64,000 nt of DNA from an uncultured Rhizobium sp. (GCA_964444545.1 CAYUHG010000004.1:4021-68020), one strand, 5' to 3'. Counted from the first letter of the stretch, positions 53,476 to 63,883 are shown. The notes: generated by a model from the letters alone, not told the origin. Made by a program: numbers and translations.

Positions 53476-53825
53476 TATTTATTTTCCTGTTCAATAGTTA
53501 TGGAAAATGAATCGACATTTTCAACAACTCCAACTTTGTCGATTTCCAATTTGCATTTGCTAATTCTTTGATCTTCTAAAATTGCATCCATCAAAGTTTG
53601 TGCCATTTTTTCAACCAGCTTGAATCTGTTGTTTGCGACTAAATTTTTGATTTTAAGAATAATTTGATCGTAATCGATGGCGTCAGAAAGCTCATCGCTA
53701 TGCAGTGATTTCGTGAAGTTAGTAGTGATTTCTGCGTTAATGATGATTTCGCGGTCAATATTTTGTTCCCAGTCAAAAACTCCGATTATTGTGTATAGTC
53801 GCAGGTTTTTTATTTTTATTAACAT
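53475..53825 (-). CDS. folB: Dihydroneopterin aldolase
   Basis: 116 aa. I.I.NL.LYTIIGVFDWE......I.I........S..SD.L.D.IDY matches the FolB pattern. Confidence 0.8.
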   Translation of the reverse strand: MLIKIKNLRLYTIIGVFDWEQNIDREIIINAEITTNFTKSLHSDELSDAIDYDQIILKIKNLVANNRFKLVEKMAQTLMDAILEDQRISKCKLEIDKVGVVENVDSFSITIEQENK

Positions 53826-53935
53826 TGATTGATTTTGAAGAATTACTTGAGGATTATCCTCCCAAGTTACTCTAGCGGCATCTTTAAGATCAAGCCATTT
53901 CCCCCAAAATTTTAACTCAAAAATTTTCTTACGTT

Positions 53936-55060
53936 TTGCCGATTGGAAAAAAACTCAATAATAAAAGTGGCGACAAAATCAAACCCACCCAAAGCTTTGA
54001 AAAAGAGCAAAACACCAAATCAATTCAAGATGCTGATTTTAGCGCCGCAGAAAAAGGCAGTACTCTTGAAGATATCGCGCTGGAAACAGTCGGTTCTGAA
54101 GGTATCAAATTAGAGAATTCTGTTCTTGATTTCTCAGGTAAGAAGAAGGTGCACAAAGCTAAGAAAAATCAAGTTGCTCATAAAAAAATACAAAATTGCA
54201 CAATAAGCCAAGTTCAGCAGCACATTATTGATGGCACTTTTGAGCGGGTTGTCGATCAAGTGGCAAAGCCAAAATTTATTAAAGAATCTTACGAAAACGC
54301 TGATGCACAAGGCAAAGCCGACATAAAAGTTATGGCTGCGGTTGCGATTGCTTCGCACGGTGAAGAAATTGCCGACAGTTTGCGCAAAAACAAAAACATT
54401 GAAGAAATCAAAAATATTCCCGAGCACCACATTGCTGATGTAATGAAAATGAGTATGCAATTTGGTGCCAGTTCCAAAAGCATGAATGCTTTCATGAATA
54501 TTTTGCATGATGCGGGAAAATTGCCGAAAGTTATCGAGCATATTTTTAAAGACGTAAAATCTTCCGACCTGATTAACATTACTTCAAGTGTGATGCGTTT
54601 AGGTCTTGATCCAACTCCTCTCACCTGTGCTCAAACCGCATTTCGTTTGATGTCTTACGCTTTGGATCACAGCGGTGTACAAAAAAATCAGCAGCCAGTT
54701 TTGTTTAAATTTGTCAGCACAATGGCACGAGGATTTCAACTGGGAAGTAACGTTTTAGAAGCTGCCGGAAACGTTGCCGGAGCTGGTATGGTTAGTGGAG
54801 TTAGCAGTTTTTTAATTCACCGAGTTATTGATTATTCAATGCGTCAGAGTGTTGATGTAAAAGTAAAATATGATAATGAAGACGTGAAATTTTCTGATGC
54901 GATTGTTAAGTTGGAAGAAGAGTCTAAAAAAAGTCAGCAAGAACGCGAAGAGATTTCTAAAAAGCGTGAAGGTGAAAGAGAGGCCAAGCGTCAAGAGGTC
55001 AAAGAAGCTTTGAAAAAAAAGAGTTCGCAAAGCTTTAATAGTAATTTTGGAGAAAAATAA
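53936..55060 (+). CDS. Hypothetical protein (disordered N-terminus, helical core, Gly/Ala-rich hydrophobic segment, charged coiled-coil tail)
   Basis: 374-aa ORF from a TTG, so the true start is uncertain. I recognise no motif. It ends in a 1-nt overlap with the downstream thioredoxin-like gene. Confidence 0.55.
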   Translation: MPIGKKLNNKSGDKIKPTQSFEKEQNTKSIQDADFSAAEKGSTLEDIALETVGSEGIKLENSVLDFSGKKKVHKAKKNQVAHKKIQNCTISQVQQHIIDGTFERVVDQVAKPKFIKESYENADAQGKADIKVMAAVAIASHGEEIADSLRKNKNIEEIKNIPEHHIADVMKMSMQFGASSKSMNAFMNILHDAGKLPKVIEHIFKDVKSSDLINITSSVMRLGLDPTPLTCAQTAFRLMSYALDHSGVQKNQQPVLFKFVSTMARGFQLGSNVLEAAGNVAGAGMVSGVSSFLIHRVIDYSMRQSVDVKVKYDNEDVKFSDAIVKLEEESKKSQQEREEISKKREGEREAKRQEVKEALKKKSSQSFNSNFGEK

Positions 55061-55701
55061 TGTCGGAAAAAATTGTCTCGCTTGCGAAATATCGCAGAGC
55101 GCAGAATTTCAAAAATGTGATAAAAAAATTAGGAGAAAATAAAAAAATGTTTTTTGTAGTCATCATAGCTGGAGGATTATTAGGTGCGCTTTTGTGGGAT
55201 TTGTTTGTCGAAAATCCTAGCTATCTTGACGTGCAAATTCCTGAGTCAAAAAATATCACTTTTAATCAGCAGCAACCACAAGCAATGACTACAACTCAAA
55301 TTGCTAATGAGTTTGAGCATTTTGACGGTAAGCCAGTTCTCCTCTATATCTACACCACTTGGTGTTCAATTTGTTCGCAGCAATTTCCAGTGATTAATGA
55401 AATTGCTCGTGAATTTCAAAATACCGATTTGCAAGTTGTAACTCTAGCAACTGATCGCGACCTTAATCCGCAAGAATTACAGCAATATTTAAATCGTTAC
55501 GGCAATTTTTATTTCCCGCCGCGTTATCTAGCATTTAAAGAAGGATTTTTAGATTTTTTGAAAAAAAGAGGAATCAAATATCAAGGCCGTATTCCCTTTA
55601 CTGTATTGATCTCACGTCATGGCGAAGTGAAAGTAAAATATGTTGGCGTGAAGGGGAAAAATTATCTTCGTAACAAAGTTATCAAAGAACTTTATCTGTA
55701 A
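55060..55701 (+). CDS. Membrane-anchored thioredoxin-like thiol:disulfide oxidoreductase (TlpA/ResA-like)
   Basis: N-terminal TM helix and a thioredoxin fold with the active-site WCSIC (CxxC) in the context LLYIYTTWCSICSQQFP. Confidence 0.75.
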   Translation: MSEKIVSLAKYRRAQNFKNVIKKLGENKKMFFVVIIAGGLLGALLWDLFVENPSYLDVQIPESKNITFNQQQPQAMTTTQIANEFEHFDGKPVLLYIYTTWCSICSQQFPVINEIAREFQNTDLQVVTLATDRDLNPQELQQYLNRYGNFYFPPRYLAFKEGFLDFLKKRGIKYQGRIPFTVLISRHGEVKVKYVGVKGKNYLRNKVIKELYL

Positions 55702-55706
55702 TAGAA

Positions 55707-57086
55707 ATGACTCAAATGCAATTTTTTAACACACTTAGTAACAAGCTTGAAGTGTTTGCACCAAGGGATCCGCAGCATCTAAAAATGTATGTTTGTGGCC
55801 CGACTGTTTATGATCGTCCACATCTTGGCAACGCTCGTTCGATTGTAGTTTACGATTTATTTTATCGCTTTTTTCGCCAATCTTTCCCGCAAGTTACTTT
55901 TGTGCGCAACATTACAGATGTTGATGACAAGATCAACGCCGCTGCATTAGAACAAAAAATTTCTATCCAACAATTAACCCAAAAAATCACCGAGTTTTTT
56001 TATCAAGATATTGGTGCGTTGAATGTTTTGCGACCAACTTTTGAGCCACGAGCAACTGAGCACATTGCCGAAATGATTGTGATGATTGAACGTTTGATCG
56101 AAAACGGTTTTGCTTATAAAAATCAGGGTCACGTACTTTTTGATGTCGCAGCTTACAAAGATTATGGCAAGTTATCAAATCGTTCGCTTGATGAAATGGT
56201 TGCCGGTGCGCGAGTCGAAATTGCAACTTACAAAAAAAATCCCCTCGATTTCGTTTTGTGGAAACCAGCTGACGCTGAAGATGATGTTTCAAGTGTGTTT
56301 GAAAGCCCTTGGGGCAAAGGTCGTCCAGGTTGGCATATCGAATGTTCGGCGATGAGTTCGAAATATTTGGGTGAAAATTTTGACATTCACGGCGGTGGTG
56401 CTGATTTACAATTCCCACACCATGAAAATGAAATTGCTCAGAGCTGCTGCGCTAATCCCGGATCAACTTACGCGCATTTTTGGATTCACAACGGATTTTT
56501 GACGGTAAACGGCGAAAAAATGAGTAAATCGTTAAAGAATTTTTTCACCGTAAAAGATCTTTTAGAAAAGCAGATTCCAGGTATCGCAATTCGTTATTTG
56601 CTGCTTTCAACTCACTATCGCAAGCCTTTCGATTTCAATCAAAAAGCTTTGGACGATGCTAAAAAATCCGTCGAGAAATTTTACGCAATTTTCAGCGAAA
56701 ATGATCTAAAATTTTATACTGCTGCAGGGTATAAAGGTGAGCTATTTTCAGAAGTTATGCAGGAATTGGCTAACGATTTGAATGTGGCAAAAACTTTTGC
56801 TTTACTGCACGAAAAAGTGAAAGAAATCAAAGCTAGCAATGACGAAAATTTGAAACAGCAATTCTTGCAAGTTCTTGATTTTCTAGGTCTTTTTGACGCT
56901 AACTTTTTGGATAAGAAGTCACTTGGTGATGTTGATGAAGCGTACATCAATTCGCAAATTGAACTACGTGTTAAAGCGAAATTAGAAAAAAACTGGGCTT
57001 TGTCTGATCAAATTCGTGACGATTTATTGAAAATGGGAATTACGCTTAAAGACAGCAAAGATGGGACTTCGTGGCACAGATCTTAA
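55707..57086 (+). CDS. cysS: Cysteinyl-tRNA synthetase
   Basis: MYVCGPTVYDRPHLGNARS, GWHIECSAM and KMSKSL. Confidence 0.93.
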   Translation: MTQMQFFNTLSNKLEVFAPRDPQHLKMYVCGPTVYDRPHLGNARSIVVYDLFYRFFRQSFPQVTFVRNITDVDDKINAAALEQKISIQQLTQKITEFFYQDIGALNVLRPTFEPRATEHIAEMIVMIERLIENGFAYKNQGHVLFDVAAYKDYGKLSNRSLDEMVAGARVEIATYKKNPLDFVLWKPADAEDDVSSVFESPWGKGRPGWHIECSAMSSKYLGENFDIHGGGADLQFPHHENEIAQSCCANPGSTYAHFWIHNGFLTVNGEKMSKSLKNFFTVKDLLEKQIPGIAIRYLLLSTHYRKPFDFNQKALDDAKKSVEKFYAIFSENDLKFYTAAGYKGELFSEVMQELANDLNVAKTFALLHEKVKEIKASNDENLKQQFLQVLDFLGLFDANFLDKKSLGDVDEAYINSQIELRVKAKLEKNWALSDQIRDDLLKMGITLKDSKDGTSWHRS

Positions 57087-57110
57087 AATATATTCTGATC
57101 TGTGAGTTTT
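57075..57110 (+). terminator. Rho-independent terminator of cysS
   Basis: cacagatc-14-nt loop-gatctgtg, followed by agttttt. It overlaps the cysS stop codon. Confidence 0.6.
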
Positions 57111-57113
57111 TCT

Positions 57114-57149
57114 AAATAAACCCCCCGACCCCTGGCGGGGGGTTTATTT
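57114..57149. repeat. Minimal family A-related hairpin (outer arms only)
   Basis: aaataaaccccccg-acccctgg-cggggggtttattt is a perfect 14-bp stem. It shares the aaaccccccgacccct terminus of family A. It lies between convergent cysS and the Cox11-like gene. Confidence 0.7.
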
Positions 57150-57173
57150 ATCCGACCTCACATAGAAAAGATT

Positions 57174-57674
57174 CTAGTTTTTAGCAGTATAAACTAAGCG
57201 TATCATCAAACCCGGCTTGATTGTCTGATCTTGATCAATTTTAGATTTCAGACGGAAAGAAACTGGTAAAATAATTTCCTCGCCTTTTTTGATTTTATAT
57301 TCTCTGAAACAAAGACATTGATCTCGAGATATGTACTTAGACATTTCTTTAGGTTCGATAGTAAATTCTGGACGAAATTTTACAGTTTGATCACTCAAAT
57401 TTTTTACGCGATAAGTAGTCGAGTTTTTTCTGCCAGAAACTGTAAGAAATAATTTCGGATCTATTGCTTCGAATTCAATATCAGAGCGTTGGTTTATCGC
57501 TTCCATAACAACTGTGATTTGTCTATTTCCTTCAACAGTAGGTAGTATATTTGATAGAATAATTTCATTACATTTGCCGCTCATTCTGCAAATCCAGTTG
57601 TAGGGATTAAGTAATGCCAAAAGTAAAAAGCAGGCTAGTGTTACGTAAAGAAGTCGGCGCAGAATAGGACTCAT
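57174..57674 (-). CDS. ctaG: Cox11/CtaG-like cytochrome c oxidase assembly protein
   Basis: N-terminal TM anchor and an Ig-like beta domain with Y.VKN.S...V......I.P......Y....CLCF.E..I..GEEI.LPV.F. This is close to the Cox11 CFCF-containing pattern. By eye only. Confidence 0.5.
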   Translation of the reverse strand: MSPILRRLLYVTLACFLLLALLNPYNWICRMSGKCNEIILSNILPTVEGNRQITVVMEAINQRSDIEFEAIDPKLFLTVSGRKNSTTYRVKNLSDQTVKFRPEFTIEPKEMSKYISRDQCLCFREYKIKKGEEIILPVSFRLKSKIDQDQTIKPGLMIRLVYTAKN

Positions 57675-57846
57675 AATTTGTCTGATTAAAATTTAATTTT
57701 TTTGTAACTTAATTGTCTAAAATTTCGCCTTCAATAATTTTGAATTGCCGCGTTTCAACATTTAAAAATTATTGGTGAATCAAGTTGATTTGATTAATCT
57801 GAAAGAGATATTGGCAAAACTAATTCTAACCAAAATTTACTAAAAA

Positions 57847-58443
57847 ATGACTGTCGAATTTGATCAACCTTTCAAAAAATTTCAGGAATGGTTTAACAAA
57901 GCTCAATCTAACTCTGCAATTATTGAGCCTACGGCAATGTGCCTTGCAACTATTGATGAAGAAAATCGTCCTTCTTCAAGAATGATTCTGTTGAAAAGTT
58001 TCGATGAAAGAGGGTTTTGTTTTTTTACCAATTTAACCAGCCGCAAAGGTAAAGAAATATTGCATAATCCTAATGTTGCTTTGTGTTTTTATTGGGGAGT
58101 TTTGGGTTATCAAATTCGTATTGAAGGCGAGGTTGAAAAAGTTTCTGCCAAAGAAGCTGATGATTATTTTGCATCGCGCCGACGTGGTAGCCAAATTGGT
58201 GCTTGGGCTTCAAAGCAATCTTGCGAGATGAAAAGTTGGGAAGAATTTCAAGAAAGAATTTCTACCGTTACCCAAGATTTCGCTGGGCAAGATGTGCCTC
58301 GACCTCCTTTTTGGTCAGGCTTTAGAGTAGTTCCAAGAAGAATTGAATTTTGGGAAGAAGGTGAGTTCCGTATTCACAGAAGAGAAATTTTTGAAAGAAA
58401 AACAGAAGTGCGTTCGTGGGAAGTTAAGAAGCTTTATCCGTAA
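57847..58443 (+). CDS. pdxH: Pyridoxamine 5'-phosphate oxidase
   Basis: P.SRM.LLK.FDERGF.FFTN..S.KG.E...NP.VALCFYW......IRIEG, and the C-terminal EFW.....R.H.R. Confidence 0.9.
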   Translation: MTVEFDQPFKKFQEWFNKAQSNSAIIEPTAMCLATIDEENRPSSRMILLKSFDERGFCFFTNLTSRKGKEILHNPNVALCFYWGVLGYQIRIEGEVEKVSAKEADDYFASRRRGSQIGAWASKQSCEMKSWEEFQERISTVTQDFAGQDVPRPPFWSGFRVVPRRIEFWEEGEFRIHRREIFERKTEVRSWEVKKLYP

Positions 58444-58449
58444 GTATTA

Positions 58450-58533
58450 TGTCATCGTGAGCGAAGTGAAGGATCTTGTGAAATTATTTTGAAAGCCAAA
58501 CTCATGAGATGCTTCACTTTGTTCAGGATGACA
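58450..58533. repeat. Family B palindromic element (divergent copy)
   Basis: tgtcatcgtgagcgaagtgaaggatcttgtga-loop-ctcatgagatgcttcactttgttcaggatgaca. Confidence 0.85.
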
Positions 58534-58655
58534 GGAAGAGGGGATTAATAATCAAAGGCTTAGGGCAATTTTTTGTTGTCAAAAAAATATCATCAGCAAT
58601 AGTGTCTGGAGCCACGATTTTGCTAAATTTTATTAAACTTTTTTGAGGTCACTCC

Positions 58656-59135
58656 ATGTTGAAAAAAATACTACTTTTATCTGCCGTCGTTTCTTTAGCT
58701 TCTTGCAGCAAAACTTTGCAAAATTCTTCAGAAGAAGTTGCTAAACCAGTTGTTGTGCAAGATGCAAAAGTTGTTGCTCAAAAAGAAGATGGAAAACATT
58801 TGGTTTTCTTCGATACCAATAAATCAGAATTAACCTCTGAAGCGCAAGCAAGCCTTGAAAGCAAAGCTTTACCAATGGTTAAAGAAGTTTTGAAATATTC
58901 TAACGGTAAAGTTGTAATCGAAGGATATTGCGATGAAAGAGGTTCAGTTTCTTACAACAAAAAATTGGGTAAAAAACGTGCTGAAGCAGTTAAAGCTTTC
59001 CTAGTTAAAAATGGTGTAAAAGCTAAGAAAATTTCTGTAAAATCTTATGGCAAAGCAATGCCAGTTGATGCAGGTCACAACGAAGAAGCTTGGGCTAAGA
59101 ATCGTCGTGCAGTTACAATCACAATCAAAATGTAA
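58656..59135 (+). CDS. pal: Peptidoglycan-associated lipoprotein
   Basis: Lipobox SLASC. The OmpA-like C-terminal domain reads VFFDTNKSELT...IEGYCDERGS..YN..LG.KRAEAVK..L...GV......SYG...P........NRRAV. Confidence 0.88.
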   Translation: MLKKILLLSAVVSLASCSKTLQNSSEEVAKPVVVQDAKVVAQKEDGKHLVFFDTNKSELTSEAQASLESKALPMVKEVLKYSNGKVVIEGYCDERGSVSYNKKLGKKRAEAVKAFLVKNGVKAKKISVKSYGKAMPVDAGHNEEAWAKNRRAVTITIKM

Positions 59136-59218
59136 TTTGATCTGAAAAAATTATTTAAAGTAGCGTCAGATTTTTAAAAATTCTGGCGCTATTTTTTTGG
59201 CAAAAATCTTCAAATAAT

Positions 59219-59527
59219 ATGTTAGAAAAAGATTTTATTAAACTTTGCGAAACTGCTTTATCTGATCTTTTCGATATGATCGAAAACGCGGATAAAAATT
59301 CTAAACTCGATGTTGAATATTCGGATGGAATCCTAGAAATTGTAGTTGTTGCAACTAAGCAAACTTACATCATTAATCGCAATTCAGGAAACCAAAAAAT
59401 CTGGTATTCTTCGCCATTTACTGGTGCGGATTATTTTTCTTTTGATGGCCAATCTCAAAAATGGCTTGATGAAAAAGGAATCGAGTTGACGAACAAATTA
59501 TTCTCTGAACTTAACACTTTAATCTAA
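59219..59527 (+). CDS. cyaY: Frataxin homologue (iron-sulfur cluster assembly)
   Basis: 102 aa. It has an acidic N-terminal helix, DVEYSDGILEI, YIINRNSGNQKIWYSSP and ...W. Confidence 0.8.
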   Translation: MLEKDFIKLCETALSDLFDMIENADKNSKLDVEYSDGILEIVVVATKQTYIINRNSGNQKIWYSSPFTGADYFSFDGQSQKWLDEKGIELTNKLFSELNTLI

Positions 59528-59533
59528 ATCAAA

Positions 59534-60637
59534 ATGACTAAAAAAATTCTCTTAATTGAAGGCGACGGCATTGGTCCAGAAGTTGTTGGACAAGCTAAAA
59601 AAATCATCGAATTTTTTAACCAAAATACCGACAAAAAATTTGAAACAGAAAATGCTCTTCTTGGTGGAATTGCTTACGATAAAGTTGGAACGCCTTTCCC
59701 AAAAGAAACGGTTGATATGGCAAAACAATCTGACGCAATTTTGCTTGGTGCGGTTGGTGGATTAAAATGGGAATCTTTACCGTACAAAGATCGTCCAGAA
59801 CGTGGGCTTCTTGGTATTCGCAAAGAATTAGAATTATTCGCTAACTTACGTCCGGCGAAAGTTTTCAGCGCTTTGGCTGATGCTTCAACTTTGAAACGCG
59901 AAGTCGTAGAAAATCTCGACATTATGATTGTGCGCGAACTTACTGGTGACCTTTATTTCGGTGAACCGCGTTCTGTCACAACCTTGCCAGACGGCTCTCG
60001 TCAAGGCATCAACACCATGACTTACAACTCAAAAGAAGTTGAAAGAATCGCGCGCGTTTCTTTCGATTTGGCGAAAATTCGTGGTAAAAAACTTTGCTCA
60101 ATCGACAAAGCAAACGTGATCGAAACTACAGAAATGTGGCGCGAAGTTGTGACTGAAATCGGTCAAAAAGAATATCCAGACGTGGCGCTTTCTCACATGT
60201 ATGTTGATAACGCTTCGATGCAATTGGTACGTAATCCAAAGCAATTTGACGTGATGCTTACTGGAAATATGTTCGGCGATATTTTGTCGGATACTGCTTC
60301 AATGTTGACTGGATCGTTGGGCATGTTGCCATCAGCTTCACTTGGTGCGAAACAAGCAAATGGTAAACAATTTGCGCTTTATGAACCAATTCACGGTTCA
60401 GCTCCAGACATTGCGGGAAAAGATATTGCCAATCCGATCGCAACAATTTTAAGTTTGGCAATGATGTTTAGATATTCTTTCGGATACGCAGCGGAGGCCG
60501 ATAAAATTGAGGCGGCAGTTGAAAAAGTACTCGAAAAAAATATCAGAACTGCCGATATCGCAATCGCTTCTTCGACTCGTGTTTCTTGTACACAAATGGG
60601 TGAAGCGATTTTGGAAGAGCTAAAAAAATCACTCTAA
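59534..60637 (+). CDS. leuB: 3-isopropylmalate dehydrogenase (isocitrate/isopropylmalate DH family)
   Basis: [28 protein letters not shown], the NMFGDILSD motif and [18 protein letters not shown]. Confidence 0.85.
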   Translation: MTKKILLIEGDGIGPEVVGQAKKIIEFFNQNTDKKFETENALLGGIAYDKVGTPFPKETVDMAKQSDAILLGAVGGLKWESLPYKDRPERGLLGIRKELELFANLRPAKVFSALADASTLKREVVENLDIMIVRELTGDLYFGEPRSVTTLPDGSRQGINTMTYNSKEVERIARVSFDLAKIRGKKLCSIDKANVIETTEMWREVVTEIGQKEYPDVALSHMYVDNASMQLVRNPKQFDVMLTGNMFGDILSDTASMLTGSLGMLPSASLGAKQANGKQFALYEPIHGSAPDIAGKDIANPIATILSLAMMFRYSFGYAAEADKIEAAVEKVLEKNIRTADIAIASSTRVSCTQMGEAILEELKKSL

Positions 60638-60647
60638 TTTTTTGTAA

Positions 60648-61577
60648 ATGAGACAATTCGCTGCAGCGCTAATTTTCTTTTTGATTGCTTCTCCTTCTTT
60701 TGCCGAGTTCGGTCGTTCCACTTCTTTTGATGATCGTGAAATTTGCGATCGTGACAAAGGAGTGTGGCGTGAATTTGGCAATAGCGCAGCAGATAATTGT
60801 GAATCAAAAATGGATAAATTTGCTATTGCAGCTCAGGCTTTAACTTATGCTTGTGATTGCGGCAAAGGTAGATGCTGGAATGGTGATCGTTGTGTTTTGA
60901 TGTCGGACTACAAAAAGCAATATGACGAGTTGCAGGAAAAACAAAGTAAGAAAATTGCTGAAGCGAGAAAAAATCGCCAAGATGAATATCATGACAATTC
61001 TAATAAACGTCTGAGAGAGTTGATCAAAAAATCAACTGGAGGAGGCCAAGATGGAAAAGGTGGAGCTATTACAGGAAACAACTTAGCACAATTTGCTGAT
61101 AAAATTCCTCAAGATGATCAGCCGACAAAAACTTCGCTTACCGATAATGTCATCAATCAAGATGTGATGAATAATAATGTTATGAATGATGTAGGAAATG
61201 CGGTAAGTCAGAATACGCAAAATATTTTAGACACGGGCAAAGAATCGGCAAAACAAGTTGAGCAGGGGCCTTTGGGCAAGATTTTTGCTTTACCTAAAAG
61301 TGAAGATAAAACTGATACGCAATCTACACCTCAAACTCCAACTACACCTCAAACAGCTGTACAGAGTACTCCAGATCCAGCACTCAGCGCTCCAACTCCT
61401 TTCTTCTTAGAACAACAAGCTAAAGCAAAAGCAGAAGCTGATGCGGCGGCGGCTGCAGCTTTATCTAAAGCTGGAATAACGGTTTTTGATCCGACCAAGC
61501 CTACAACTCCGACAACATCTAAAAGTTCTGATAGTTCAGAATTACCTGGATTGCCACAAATTCCTCTACCGCAATAA
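60648..61577 (+). CDS. Secreted hypothetical protein (Cys-rich N-domain, Asn/Gln-rich middle, Pro/Thr-rich C-terminus)
   Basis: Signal peptide ...SPSFA-EFG. There are eight Cys in the first ~70 mature residues. The tail reads TQSTPQTPTTPQTAVQSTPDP...PTKPTTPTTS. The stop overlaps the ftsK ATG by 1 nt. Confidence 0.65.
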   Translation: MRQFAAALIFFLIASPSFAEFGRSTSFDDREICDRDKGVWREFGNSAADNCESKMDKFAIAAQALTYACDCGKGRCWNGDRCVLMSDYKKQYDELQEKQSKKIAEARKNRQDEYHDNSNKRLRELIKKSTGGGQDGKGGAITGNNLAQFADKIPQDDQPTKTSLTDNVINQDVMNNNVMNDVGNAVSQNTQNILDTGKESAKQVEQGPLGKIFALPKSEDKTDTQSTPQTPTTPQTAVQSTPDPALSAPTPFFLEQQAKAKAEADAAAAAALSKAGITVFDPTKPTTPTTSKSSDSSELPGLPQIPLPQ

Positions 61578-63883
61578 TGCAAGAAAGAACGACTCACATA
61601 ATTTTAATATTGCTCAAACGCTTGTTCGGCTTGTGTTTGACGGTTTTTGCACTGATTTTTATTTTAGCGCTTTGCAGCTTTAATTCGTCTGATCCTTCAT
61701 TTAACACCGTTTCAACCGAGGACCAAATTAATAATTGGGTTGGTTCTTTTGGTTCGCATATTTCCGATTTGTCGTTTCAGCTCATCGGCATGTCGTCATT
61801 TTTCCTTTGCCTAATTATTTTTGCGATCGGCAGCAGAATGGCGGGGCGTTTCGGTAATTCTTATTTACCGCAAAAAATTATTCTCACGCCTTTTGCAATA
61901 CTTTGTCTCTCGACTTTTTTCGCCAGTATTCCTCAACCAGCTTGGTGGGATTTTAATAGTTTAGGCGGCGTAAATGGCAGTTTTATTTTAGCACAGTTAG
62001 CAAAATTTCCGCAGCCTTTGGTATCAATATTTTCGCTGTTTTTCTCGCTATTAACTTTGTCGATAATTTTGGAAGTTACCTTTGCTGATTGGGTTTATTT
62101 CTTCCGCTACACTTACGTAACTTTGTGTTTCTTGGGCAGAAAAATTGCCGAAAAATTTGCCAAAACTTCATCAGGTGAGCCGTTATCAAAGCCTAAAAAA
62201 ATCTCAGAAGAGCGCACGCCGCTAAAAATATTTAAACAAATGCCGGCAGAAGAAATTCCAGCTGAAGAAGAATTTGAAGAGGCTGAAGAAGAGGAAGAAA
62301 CCAGAGAACAATTAGTCAAAAAATTACAAGTTACCAAAACTAAAAAACCGACAAAATCACGTGTTTCTAGGTATAAACTACCAGAATCGACACTTCTTAT
62401 TGATCGTTCAAACGAAAATAAAGATAAAAAAATCAGCCGTGAATTAGTCGAAAATCAGTCGAAAATGTTGATCAAAGTTTTGGAAGATTTCGGCGTTTAC
62501 GGAACTTCGCTTGGTGCAAAAGTTGGGCCTTTGGTTACTTTACATGAATTTGAACCAGCTGCTGGTACCAAGGCTTCGCGCGTGATTGGCTTGGCTGATG
62601 ATATCGCTCGTTCAATGAGTGCAGTTTCGGCGCGTATTGCTGTTGTGTCGGGAAAAACTTCGATTGGTATCGAATTACCAAATCCGAAACGCGAAATGAT
62701 TTTCCTGCGCGAACTGATCGAAAATAAAGAATATCGCTTCTCACAAAACGCTTTGCCAGTGATTTTGGGTAAAGATATTTCAGGCGAAATGATGATTGCT
62801 GACTTGTCAAAAATGCCGCATTTATTGATTGCAGGAACTACAGGTTCGGGAAAGTCGGTAGGCCTGAACGTAATTATTTTGTCGCTGCTTTTCAAACTTC
62901 GTCCTGACGAATGTAAATTTATTATGATCGATCCGAAGATGTTGGAGTTGTCGATTTACGACGGCATTCCGCATCTTTTAGCACCAGTTGTGACCGAACC
63001 GGGAAAAGCTGTGACGTCGCTAAAATGGGTGGTTGCCGAGATGGAAGAGCGTTACCGTTTGATGTCGAGTTTGGCCGTGCGCAACATTGCTGGTTACAAC
63101 GAAAAAGTGGAAAAAGCGATTTTGACTGGTGAAAAAATGAGTCGCAAAGTGCAAACCGGATTTGAGCCGACAACCGGCAAACCAATCATCGAAGAGATTG
63201 AATATGAAGCGAAAAAATTACCGTTCATCGTGGTGATCGTCGATGAAATGGCTGATTTGATGATGGTTGCGGGTAAAGAAATTGAAAACTCGGTACAGCG
63301 TTTGGCGCAAATGGCGCGTGCGGCGGGAATCCATTTAATTATGGCGACACAACGTCCATCAGTTGACGTGATTACTGGTGTGATCAAAGCCAATTTTCCG
63401 ACGCGAATTTCTTTCCAAGTTACTTCACGCATTGACAGTCGCACAATTTTAGGAACCCAAGGCGCTGAGCAATTATTGGGACAAGGCGATATGATTTACA
63501 TGTCGGGCGGCAGCAAAATGACTCGCGTTCATGGGCCTTTCTGCTCGGATGCTGAAATCGAAAAAATTGTTCAGACCATTAAAGATCAAGATTTAAGTGA
63601 GTTCGACGAAGATGAAAAAATTTCTTTCGAAGTTCCAATTCCAAATTTAAATAATTCTGGCGGCGAAGTTGATTCTGATTTTGCTGAAAGCGGCAGTGAT
63701 GCCGATTTATACACGAAAGCTGTGATGATTGTTCGTCGTGATAAAAAAGCGTCGATCAGCTATGTACAGCGTCAACTGCGTATTGGCTATAACCGTGCTG
63801 CGACCTTGATTGAAAAAATGGAAGCAGAAGGAATTATCACCCCTCCGAATATTTCGGGTAAACGTGAGATTATTGAAGAATAA
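61577..63883 (+). CDS. ftsK: DNA translocase FtsK
   Basis: It has N-terminal TM helices, an acidic linker, a motor domain with Walker A GTTGSGKSV and Walker B VVIVDEMADLMM, and a C-terminal gamma winged helix (SISYVQRQLRIGYNRAA.LIE.ME). Confidence 0.93.
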   Translation: MQERTTHIILILLKRLFGLCLTVFALIFILALCSFNSSDPSFNTVSTEDQINNWVGSFGSHISDLSFQLIGMSSFFLCLIIFAIGSRMAGRFGNSYLPQKIILTPFAILCLSTFFASIPQPAWWDFNSLGGVNGSFILAQLAKFPQPLVSIFSLFFSLLTLSIILEVTFADWVYFFRYTYVTLCFLGRKIAEKFAKTSSGEPLSKPKKISEERTPLKIFKQMPAEEIPAEEEFEEAEEEEETREQLVKKLQVTKTKKPTKSRVSRYKLPESTLLIDRSNENKDKKISRELVENQSKMLIKVLEDFGVYGTSLGAKVGPLVTLHEFEPAAGTKASRVIGLADDIARSMSAVSARIAVVSGKTSIGIELPNPKREMIFLRELIENKEYRFSQNALPVILGKDISGEMMIADLSKMPHLLIAGTTGSGKSVGLNVIILSLLFKLRPDECKFIMIDPKMLELSIYDGIPHLLAPVVTEPGKAVTSLKWVVAEMEERYRLMSSLAVRNIAGYNEKVEKAILTGEKMSRKVQTGFEPTTGKPIIEEIEYEAKKLPFIVVIVDEMADLMMVAGKEIENSVQRLAQMARAAGIHLIMATQRPSVDVITGVIKANFPTRISFQVTSRIDSRTILGTQGAEQLLGQGDMIYMSGGSKMTRVHGPFCSDAEIEKIVQTIKDQDLSEFDEDEKISFEVPIPNLNNSGGEVDSDFAESGSDADLYTKAVMIVRRDKKASISYVQRQLRIGYNRAATLIEKMEAEGIITPPNISGKREIIEE

